Assembly (NCBI GenBank): GCA_965235115.1
Contig: OZ249436.1
Span: 55,244,001-55,308,000, forward strand
Reading direction: 5' to 3'
From: Laetmonice hystrix
Lineage: Eukaryota
Length of the DNA: 64,000 bases
A program made the position numbers and the translations under genes. This document shows positions 53,368 to 64,000 of this stretch, one piece after another. Position 1 is the stretch's first letter. Each line of letters opens with the position of its first letter. The notes under the pieces were generated by a model. It saw nothing but the letters and a program-made list of their open reading frames with translations. It ran no database searches and was not told the DNA's origin.

Positions 53368-56167
53368 ATATTATAACTGTCTATTGACAATGATATCTCC
53401 AATAGAAAAGGCGTCAGTCCCGTACCTGCTTCATAGGTATAGTTAGATTATCATTTATACATGTTGTATAGGCCCTACAGTTTGCAAGAAATTTACATCG
53501 GGGTATAGTGTGAAAAATAAGGTGACCTCTAGATGACCCTAAATTGATAAGAGTGAACTGAAGTTTTGAACTGAAGATTTGGATTTATGGCGTTTCTCCA
53601 CAATTTATAAATTAGGTTCCAGCAAAAGTATTACAACGTTCTATATTTTCCGTGACAAGGTCAGCCCCCGCAACCCCCCCCCCCCGTAACCACCCCCACC
53701 CCCTGGATCCGCCACTGTGTCAAGTGAGTTCACGGAGTGGCAGAGCCCCAGTGGTGCGTGTCTGTGAATAATTCCTTTGATCGACTGTATAGGCCGATGC
53801 ATGCGTACTTCACTGACTGGCTTCGGTGGCCGTCTCCAAGCCACACTGTGCACGGGACCTCTAACCGTGGACGTCTATAATACACAGATCTAGTCCCTAC
53901 CTTCCATGTCTGATGACCAACTCCCATAAGGAAGTCAGAGCTGAGCCCTAGCCCTTTTTCTTCGGTAGACCGTCTGCACAGGTGCCTACACAGGTTTCGT
54001 ATGGTGGGCACGGTAGGCATACGTAATAGAGTCGAGAAACGACAAGCGGTCATGGTGAAAACGTTGTACAGCCCACAGGTACCTGAAGACAACTTGGTTT
54101 GCCGTATTGCAAGTGCACACCAAACACGTCTACGTATCGCTGTCAATATATGTGCACTTACCGCCAGCTTCTGGATCATCACTAACCTAGGGAATGAGTA
54201 AGGTAGTAAATGGGTAAGATAGTAGTTGCATCGCAAGGTCTTGCAATGTTGACCATATCACATCAGGGTTGTAATAAACTATGGGTTCGGTGAACCTCGC
54301 TAATTAATTATCTATAGGTCTCGACTTTCATACTGGGCTCCTATAGATCGATAGGTCTACAGGCGGCCGTATACAGCGGATCTCGATCTATATTTCTGGA
54401 CAGATCTTACTTACTCTGGTCCAAGCCAAAATACAGCTATATGACTGGAGGGACAAGGGAGTGTCTAAAAATCAGGAGGGGGTCCAGCATGGGACCGACC
54501 CCAAGTTAGAGCCACTTAGGCTGAATCTGAATCCCTCTCTGTCTCTGACTGTCTGTCTGCCTGTCTCTCCGCTCTGTCTTTATCTGCCTCTGTCTCTCTG
54601 TCCCCCCATAGGGCCTACACCACCCCCCCCCCCCACACACACACACACATTTCCCTATACCTTACCCTCGTCTAGCCACCCCCCCCCCCCTTGGGCAGTC
54701 TTTATTCCAGGCATGGATTCTTCCGGATTTGTCCGGATTTCTGGACTTTTTGAGGTCACCGGACCCTGGGCATATTCTGAGACCGCTGCTGATCCGAAGA
54801 GAAAATCACCACGCAGTCCGACACAGGCCCTGCCGCATTGTGTATAGCCTGTGGTTCATCGCTGTACCATGCATGCATGGGGGGGGGGGGGGGGGGTTCT
54901 TCCCTCAGAGCATCCAAAGTATATACTGTTCAAAGTGAACCAGCTGTGTGGACCCATTCGGAAAACCTCGGCCCAACTTCCGGTCGCTTCGCTAGTTGTG
55001 GTCTCGGACGTCGCAAGCCGTAGAGATATGACAGTGATTCCACGGGTTTGGGTACATCACAACTTGCGTAGTGCGCAACGGCGCAAAGTAGTTCATAGAC
55101 CGTCGGTATTCGACCTAACGCGAGATTGTTCATCAGGAAAGATGGATAATTTCCGAAGATTTGCAGTCTCGATCGTTCTTAGCAGCCGCGACACATTCAG
55201 TTTTGCAGTATTTATGAAATCATACGACTTTACTAGCTTGTATCAACATAAGAAATGACGTCATATGCCCAAAGGAATCCCGAGGGAATTCCAAGTGCGA
55301 CAGCTCGTCCGTGGGACAAACGTTGACCTCCGTCTGACGATAAACAATGCCAATAGGAATGTCAACATCTAAAAAAGTATCTATAGAGACCTATCAAGCG
55401 GAGATCTGTTTTTAAACAAGCCAGACACTGCTTGTCTTTCACCTTTGTCGGTGTGTCGGCCGTCGCCGTTTTGACCACGTTGTGTCACGTGATAAAAGAA
55501 GATCCAACATGGTGACGACTGTGCGAGGGCCGAGAGGATCTGGCCCGGACAGTCCCGAGGTGGGCCGAATGGTGTGGACCATGGATGTGGGAACTGAGGG
55601 TGAGAGGATCTCGGTTTGGGCGTCACTCACAGAAATTTGACTGAGTGCAAACATGGCAGGGGCCTATTTTGTCACCAAACCTCTGCAGAGGACTTGGAAT
55701 TTAGCAAAAACTCTTTTAATGCTCTCAAGTGCCCCAGATGTCACCAAATCGATTATTTTCTTTTTGCTAAATCCCAAGTCCTCCTCAACAGAGGTTTGGT
55801 GACAAAAGACGTAGCATATTGTTAGAGAAATACAGAGGATACGAAACTACCATCGACGTTTGTGTCCATTTTTTCGATGGGCCAATCACAGCGTCCCCTT
55901 CGACTAGACTTTGCCAGCCTCTCACTCTCCGCACACAGACCGTTCCCTTCATTCAATTGGGCAGTCTTGACCATCCAGACCTCCAGCGGCCCGAGTAGAG
56001 GGTCTCGACAAGTTCCTATCTCCGAGTTGTTCGCGAGCGTTGAGTATACCATAAGCGGCCCGTTTACAAGGTTTCAGTTTCCGGTTTGCTCTCAGCGTAA
56101 GAATATACATTATCTGAAGTGATCAGGTCTAGTCCTTGGGGTTATGGAAGGGAAGTATACGTCTGGA

Positions 56168-57375
56168 CTATTCGGCCACAGGCTGTGTGAAACATTGTAC
56201 CTTTATGATCGGTGTTGATCATGGTGTATACTGTTGACTGAGACGCATTCGGGATTACGGAATCCGCTTACATGCCTACCAGGGAGCACGTTTGGGGGAG
56301 GGGGCGTGCTACTACCACGCCACCCTGCGACGAATAACAGGCACAAACTCGCACAGCAAGAGAGTCGGGTGACCCAGACTGCACATTGAGTACTGCCATT
56401 TGATTGACCCCTGACCTGACCTAGAAATCCCCGACCGGGACAGCCGAACATTGCCGAGCTCGAATCGTGGATGCTCGATTTTGCTGAGGCACTCTGGTTT
56501 TTTACTTTTAAAGGGGCATATTATGAGGAAACGTAAAAAAATCGGTATTTCAAAGAACTTTTGCTGTTTTCCTAAAGAGATCCTTCATTAAAATTGCTTG
56601 GTAAACAAAGACAGACTTATCAGTTTCATTTTGCGGGAGAATTCGAAGTTTATGAAGCTCCCTTGCCCGCTTCTCTCGATTTCGTAAAATATTTTTTGGG
56701 TGGCATTCTGATGCCGGACGATCGAGTGCAACTGCTGAATTGTTTACAACTAAGCGAAGCACGTGACTAAGCACATGGAGAGAGTGCAGGCGGAGGATGT
56801 GACGCAGTACGCGATTACACGGGTTGATGGAAGGTGGTCTACCAAATTAAGGCGGGAGATATGCTATCAGAAGAAATCTATAGGTTTGGTCGTATATAAC
56901 CTACTTGTGCTGCATACGCAGCGAAAACACGTCGGAGGACAAAATGCTGTGGTAGGATTATTTACTTGGATCCCTAGTACACGGTCATGTTGGATAATTG
57001 CCGGAAATCCTCCAAAACGTGTTCCATAGCATGCCCCTTTAAGGCGCACATAAAATTCCAAATCTTCGGAGAAATCATCTGCAACCGCTATGTTGGAACG
57101 GGTGTACCTAGAATAGTATTTCGAATCATCCCGAAATTGGCCAACCGACTTGCGACTATAGCTGATTTCCCTCCGCAAATGTTGTTCCTAATATATTCAT
57201 CAGGTATTTCTCTTGAACGGTGAATGTCACTTATAATAAGCCCGGTTTTGGGAGTTAGAAGTAGATCTACGTTAAATTCTACAGATACCACACAGGACGG
57301 TCAACTTTGCAAAAACGGGATTAAACGCGTGGTCCGATTTTGCCCGTAAAATGTCATGTGTGGCAGAGGGGTAGT
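56168..57375. mobile_element. TIR element, copy 2 (homologous to 9279-9680), with a nested MITE
   Basis: Shared blocks with 9290-9680; end ...tgtggcagaggggtagt. Confidence 0.7.
56512..57038. mobile_element. Kolobok-like MITE family C (nested)
   Basis: TTAA|aggggcat...atgcccct|TTAA; absent from the homologous copy at ~9395-9430. Confidence 0.75.
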
Positions 57376-59084
57376 ATTATGGAAGATGGCCAGTCGAGTC
57401 TCTATTAGTGAATAGAGCCGGGAACCAGTCTGGGTGCGCAGCATGTCATCTTTAAATCGCTCCAGTGGGGTTCAATGGTCCCATACACACTGCTCACGCG
57501 CAGCAAGTGCGTGCAGCAAAAATCGATCCCCAATGCGATAGGTAGGCCTATTATCACTCACTGGTTGGACGCTGCATGATAGGCGTAACGCACATTGCCC
57601 TAAATAAGCACCATCCCCAGATGCATGGTTTCTAGACATTTACATTGGTAGGGTGTGAAATACCTGGTGCCCCAAAATTGAGCTAGATCAGCTCACTGGC
57701 TATTACCAGCGGGTCAGCGCATCCTCCAACGCTCGGGGTTGAACCGCTTCCAGTGATCCGTACCCTCCCCTCCCCCCACACCCTCTCACGACCCCACGCC
57801 TATTCGCGATGCCCCTTGAAAACTCATGGGGTCAGCGTAATTTAGGGAAACGCCTCGTCTTAAAATGGGACACGGAAAATATCGGGCGACCTGGCGTCAC
57901 GGTCGAGGGAAAGTCAGCAGCCCGTGTCTAGCGTGTTTATGGTAACAACGTTGAAAAATTTTCAATCGCGGAAGATGGGGAGAAGGTAATGGAGGGTTGC
58001 AAAAGTGCTAAAAAAATGTAACTTTCACACTTAAACTGCATGTACCATAGCTTGCTTAAAAACATTTTGAGAAACAAACAACAGAATCTATTTTCACTCA
58101 GTACGTTAATTGATACAGATAAACAGATGCAGACCTCTGATAATGATATAGACATAGGATAACGTCTATTTTATGTGAGTACGAAACTAAAGGGGTGCGA
58201 TTAAGAATATTTAGATTCTTAAGACAGTATCGAATAAACCAGGAAGGAAAATGTGTTTCTCTGGTAGGCATGGGGCGGCCTTCCCCGGCGTGGCCCAATG
58301 CCAAAAGGGAAAAATGAGATGAGACGTCACTGACACGTATGAGATTCACAGCATAAAAAGATTGGTGCAGATCATCTATAGACTATACCAAAGTGTACCG
58401 TGTGCACTGGAATCGTATCTCTACGCCAAGAAGTTCCCGCCCTGGAAGGACAAAAATAACTCCGGATAAGAACTTACCTCTCTGGAGGCCGTTTCCGCGG
58501 CGACTGTCTGAGGCACACAAACAGGTTGTGAGATCACCAAAACTACGGACTGCAGTCGATGAACCTTGGCCGTGACGATGACACCGTTCTGCTCTGACTC
58601 CAACACCCTCATGATACTCTACCAACAAAACTTCAAGGTATACTTTCAATTGCAAGGCGTAAAACCTCGAATATCCACCCACCCATGCAGGTTACTTTCA
58701 AGGCCCTTACCTGGCCCAAATACGTGGGCTGATGCCTCCTGAGCAAGTACTACCTACATGTCAATAAAAGTGGTAATGTTGGGGATTTCATACAAAAATT
58801 AAAATCTCAGGGGGCAGCTGCCCGCCTTGCCCCCCCCCCCCAGGCTACGGCCTGACTTTAGAATGTTTGCCACCGGAACTGTTCTCGACCCCCCATGATG
58901 CAATCCGATGAAACGTGAAGGTCATGTTCTTGTGGATTTGGAAGAAAAAAGCTTGCTATAAGCCTTTTCTATCAGCTCACATTCATATAAGTCGAAGTCG
59001 TGAGCAACAGGTCGGTTTATGTCCTACAAGAAAAATGTGATGTTTTAATACTCTTCCCTCAACTAGGGGATGTCACCATGACAT

Positions 59085-59322
59085 GTTGGCTCATGACACC
59101 TAGGACCATCGCCTCACACCACTGCGGTCTGGGTTCGATCCCGGCCAGGGCTGCATGTGTGAAAGGTTTGCCAGTCAGTTACTTCCCGAAGGTCGGTGGT
59201 TTCCTCCGGGTACTCCGGTTTTCTCCACCAAGAAAAACTGACTTTCATCATCATCTTCACCACCGTAATATGACCCTGGCTGTTATATACAAGGCGTAAA
59301 ACCCCGAACATCCACCCACCCT
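59085..59322 (+). mobile_element. tRNA-derived SINE with V-domain-like core
   Basis: B-box ggttcgatccc at 59132 and core ggtttcctccgggtactccggtttt. The 3' tail recurs inverted at 1462-1543 and as a stub at ~58651-58685. Confidence 0.8.
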
Positions 59323-60484
59323 CTACAGCCGGGTGTCGTCCGAGGAACTAATTAAGGAAGTTACATGTACAATGTATATCACTTTGGAACACCATGGATA
59401 ACAAATGGGCATAGCTGCTGCGCTGTGGACCAACCATGGCTTTGCCGATGGACTAGTTGGCACTCGGAACACCGAGGCTGCTTCTGATTGGCTGTGCCTA
59501 TAGGTCATATCCAGAGGCGGACCAGGCCTCGGATGCAGCCTCAGTTTTCCCAGGGTTTGGGCAAAGTCTTGTGAAGCGGTCGGGCATGAATATATGAGCA
59601 GTAAATAGTTGATAACAGATTCAACAATTTCTGAGTGATAGATGAGAGAAGAGCGTTAAAATCCGGAATAGTTCCCTCCCACCAGAATTTTGCTAAGAAT
59701 TATAAAAGGCTAATCATTCCAGGGAAAGGCTACATATTCTAACATAAGGTCCAACATGTCGGACTTATAATGAGGTCTAAAATTAACCATATCCAACTTT
59801 CTTCAAAATACAAAGTATTATTACTATATCAGGCGAGCGCGTGCCCCCGCTACGCCAGTGCTCAACCCTGAACTTTCATCACGGTCGGAACTTTGGGCGC
59901 GACCGGAACTTTTATCAGGTCGGAACTTTCAGCGCGCCACACCGGCACTGCAATTTTTGACACAAATTTTTCAAAATGGCCCTATTTGTAGACGTTTTGA
60001 CCTAATTATCTGAAATTTGTACCACATGCCCCAATTAACCAGATGATATAATGTTCCAAATATTTTGACATTGGGGTAGAAATTATAGAAGTTACAGTCA
60101 TGAAAAGAGTGTTCCATTTTTTTTGGCTCACCCGATATATCATAACTCAAATTCTTTACAAGGGGGAATTTCACAGCGAGCAGATTCAAATTCATGTTAG
60201 CACGACAATAGTATAATACAGTTAATCTATAAACTTTACTTCTCACAAAAGGGAGGAGTGCAAAATCCTATATAAATTCCTTATATCAGAAATAAAGGAG
60301 CAAAGCTGGGGGGGGGGGGGTGTCTTTCTCATACCCTATATTAGGCCAACTTAACCCAAGTTTGCGTAAGCTGCTCTAATATACCTTCTAGCGCCTATCA
60401 AGGGCAGTGTGACCATAATGGAATCTCATGTACAGTGTTTATTCAAGTTTTTATAGTTGAGTTTCTCCAAGTAAAACACAATTT

Positions 60485-60663
60485 CAGGGCCGTAGCCTGC
60501 AGGGGGCAGGGGGACAGCTGCCCCCCGGGATTTCCTTCTTTTTTTTACCCACACCCCGGGCCAGCTCGAACGGGCGCAATGACGCGCTATCACGTGGAAG
60601 GCCTAGGCCTACTGCCCCCCCCCCCCCCCCCCCCCCACGTATTTGCGCCAGGCTACGGCCCTC
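60485..60663. mobile_element. Short TIR element with 5-bp TSD (hAT5-like)
   Basis: AATTT|cagggccgtagcc...ggctacggccctc|AATTT. Confidence 0.8.
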
Positions 60664-62491
60664 AATTTACACCGGGATAGTATCATTTCCCGGTTTTTAG
60701 TGAAAAGTCACGTAGGACTTCATAGGAAGACGCCACACATTCAGAAAGTTCTATGTCAGAAGGTCAGTACGTTGAAGTACTCTGATTTCGAACCTTTGCG
60801 GCTGTGTGAACTCTTGGCCGTGGTGAGAAGGGTCAAAAATAGTGGCTCTGTCAAGGAGGTTACAGGTCAAAATCAGGGTTGCCTTAATATCTTCTACAGT
60901 GACAGGCCCGCTCGGTAACGCTATGCTCAATGACCGGAACGCATGGCGATGTCATCTTGGATCTGGCTGTGATCACTGAACCTTGGTAAGGTGGTAAGGC
61001 TGGGAATACACCTAAGCCGTTGCGTTGACGCATGCGCTAAGCAACGCACGCGCCATCGCAATGGTAGGTGTTCACACTAGGCCTACATGCATTTTTTGCT
61101 GCGATAGAGGGTGCGTATATATTGAAGCTGAATGACGTAAAGTATCCTTTTGGATGGCGTCATCGTGATGTATAGGCCTAAATCTTGCAAGAAAAATAAA
61201 AATGTAAGCGATGTCAGGCACGAGTAGAACGAGTTGTTCTTAAAACTCCAACTGAAAACTGGAGTCACGTTTCCATCATGGGGAATCGGAGAAATGTACA
61301 TGCTGTTCACCTCTGATCTCGTATAGTCTGAGTGGAGGTACGCCGGGTGCTATGCATCCACTATGCCAGGCCACGAGGTCAGTGACAAATAAACCGTGTT
61401 TCAGCATTATACCGTTCGAAATAGGTGCCCGCCCCTGGTAGGAGTGCTATGATTATGTCCTTGACTTTCCAACTGCCATGCGATGACCTCTGCAGCGCGT
61501 CAAAAATTGAAATAATTTCAATCTTCGCGGCAAAGCACAGCGACAACGCAATCGGTATTCAACGCAATGCGAATAGTGTGATTAATCCTTCTCTTTTCAG
61601 TTTGTTCAATAGCTTGCTACAACGCAAATGCGATTCGCATTGCGGAATCAGCTTAGGTATAATAAGGTCAGTCATCATCGAGCGCTTTCTTGAATAGGAA
61701 ATATCGGTGTGCTTACATAGGGAGGGGAAGAATGCAGGTCTCGCTATATTTTAAAGCCGGCTATCCTACAATAGGCAACTTTTGTCGCCGGGATATTTGC
61801 CTTGAATCAGCCGTGACTTTTGTCGGCGCGACCGTTACAGGCGACGATTTACCACGTTTTAGGTGACTGGCGATCGCTGTAACGTTTACGAACCCATAAC
61901 TTACCGAGGTTAAAGCAAAATAGACAGCCTACTCTCAAATGATCAGCTGATTTTGCGCCGTATAGCTTAACGTGATTATAGCTTAACATGTAGCTTATTC
62001 AGCTCGGACATATGCTGGTATATATGTAATCCGAACGTGACACACCCACGCCGTTGACTCACTTGTTCGTTTTCTTGTAGGCCTATATCACCTTTGTCAT
62101 TTTTTGGATTTTACGTTGTCCACATCAGTTGTAGGAGCTTAGCTATAAGCATATTTATGCTACATGACCTCGGGGTTTTATGCCTAACCGAAACCGAAAC
62201 CAAAACTACCTACACTAAAACGCTAAACAACTGCCGCAACTGCCCAAGAACATTCTGACGTAATCTTAGAGGAATTCTTTGCCGTAGAGGCACTTAACGT
62301 AGAGGGTCAGATTGCTACGTCCGAATATGCCAATACTTGTCTTGCTACCTACATTTGGTTCGCATATCAACCTAAACACCTCTCATGACTGAAAACATAA
62401 TAGCAGTCGAGATGTGCCAACCATTATGGATAACTATTCTGTAACTTCTGTTGATTAGGTTCCTAAAAATATAAGGGGGTAAACATAGGCC

Positions 62492-62605
62492 TAAATAAAT
62501 AAATAAATAAATAAATGAATGAATGAATGAATGAATGAATGAATGAATGAATGAATGAATAAATGAATGAATGAATGAATGAATAAATAAATAAATAAAT
62601 AAATA

Positions 62606-62649
<44 letters not shown>
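62492..62649. repeat. Compound (AAAT)n(GAAT)n(CAAT)n microsatellite
   Basis: Direct reading. Confidence 0.97.
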
Positions 62650-62654
62650 TTGGG

Positions 62655-63300
62655 GGACTGGCACAATTATTCCAATGCCTAAAAAGGGAGATTTGTGTTA
62701 TACATTGTATTTCTAACTGAAGACCTATTTTACTCCTACCATTACCGGGAAAGATATTAAAGTAATCCATTCAAGATTACTACATCATTTTCAAGCGAAT
62801 CACCTAATATCTATTAAAGAATTCGGCTTTCAGTCTGAGAAATTGACAAATCTATAGCCATATGCACCATCCATTAAAGCTACATCCGAAAACGAAGGGA
62901 AATATACAGGGGGGAACTTTATAGATTTCTCATGAAATACTTCTTACCAAATTGTCCTTGGCCGGCATGAAGGGCAAATGCCTCGAGTGGATAACCAGCT
63001 ACTTGTGTAACATACTCTACTCAATAACAAAATACCAGTACTCCACCCTGTAGGCCTACATGTGCTCCTTAAAGCTCTGTACTTGGCCCACTCCTCGTCC
63101 CTTTCTTCATTAACGGCTTAATATACGAGATAGGGGACTCAGAAATTGTTTACCAATGAGTCTGTTCTGTATGTCAGAGATCTATAGCTGTGAAAGATAT
63201 CGAACGAGTTCTTTTGTGTGATTGCAGAAAGCTGAAGTCGTGGTACAACCTTTACAGACAAATAAACACTGACAATAGAACAGCCATTCTATTTAGACCC
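62655..63300 (+). pseudogene. Degraded CR1/L2-type LINE reverse transcriptase
   Basis: Broken frames give PKKGD, RPILLLPLPGKIL, FGFQ, HEILLTKLSLAGMKGKCLEWITSYL, SVLGPLL and FING(L), in the canonical non-LTR RT motif order. Confidence 0.82.
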
Positions 63301-63314
63301 GAGTCAGCTGTTTC

Positions 63315-64000
63315 ATTATCCCATCCCCCTACAAGGGGATGGGATCTTGAAATTGTATGGTCTTTGCGTTGTAGTAGTAGTAGTAGTAAACAGTACGTCT
63401 ATCTCAGTCTGCTTTCAAGATATCTCCACCAAACTTGGTAGGCATGTTGACCATGACGAAGTCTGGTCAGATAATTAGTCATGACGTCACGTGACTTGAC
63501 GTCGATTTTTTTGGACATTGGGGACCATTTTTAAAGTTCGTATTGGGAATTTATCTATCAAGGCATTTTGATTAGGCAAGGGTCTTGCTAAAGACTGACC
63601 CTTCCTTTGACCTTTGACCTTTGACCTTAGGGAGAACTGGGTCCTAGATCGTAAATCGGTTAAATCCCTACTTCTTCTTCATTTTTTGATAAAACTTGAC
63701 AATATTTGGCAGAAGGACTCTCTGACAAGAGCTTCTCAACAGTTATCCAAGGATAAGCGATTAGACCTATTTTCGCGGAGTCACGTGACATTGAACTTTT
63801 GAACAGTGCCCAGTTTAGACATCTATGGCTATAAAGTGAAGACGCTTCTCATAAAGGGTCATGTTTATTATTGTGCACAAATAGGAAGTTATATGATCTT
63901 TCGCTTGGCACCATTATTTTTAAGGATTTGACCTATTTTCGCTGAACCACGTGACCTACAAGTTTTAAAGTTAGGTCATTTGGAAGATTCCTGGCTGTAA
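63315..64000. mobile_element. Helentron/HINE-like element (runs off the window)
   Basis: Hairpin atcccatcccc-ctacaa-ggggatgggat, then (GTA)n, then core-like ccaaacttggtaggcatg and (tttgacc)n. Confidence 0.55.

Noticed and set aside
59100..59145. tRNA gene
   Set aside because: Only a B-box is present, with no cloverleaf; it continues into a SINE core and tail.
59327..59946. Ginger-like element (ccgg-tgt...aca-ccgg)
   Set aside because: Only the right end is convincing; the left end does not match as a TIR.

Overview
Eukaryotic (animal, most likely invertebrate bilaterian) genomic DNA with GT-AG spliced genes in a repeat-rich background. Three genes were reconstructed by hand, all on the minus strand. 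(1) A complete 8-coding-exon secreted olfactomedin/noelin-like gene (43622..30860, ~472 aa), whose last intron is almost entirely an ~8.2-kb 31-bp satellite with higher-order structure. (2) A complete 4-coding-exon alkaline ceramidase (ACER-like, CREST family; 52419..48700, ~270 aa). (3) The first coding exon of a UPF0764/C16orf89-like secreted protein (19751..19541); its remaining exons were not found in the window. The rest is about ten minisatellite arrays, TTAA-flanked Kolobok-like MITEs, CAG/CAC-ended MITEs with 5-bp target duplications, a TA-flanked Tc1/mariner-like MITE, Helentron-like elements, a V-domain-like tRNA SINE, CR1/L2 RT relics and a long-TIR element. Most long ORFs in the supplied track are artefacts of tandem repeats. 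I found no firm evidence of a new multi-gene system. The most unusual signals are the satellite abutting a splice acceptor, an array of U1-complementary donor motifs, palindromic cores in unrelated minisatellites, and a ~20-fold excess of the palindrome TAGGCCTA.
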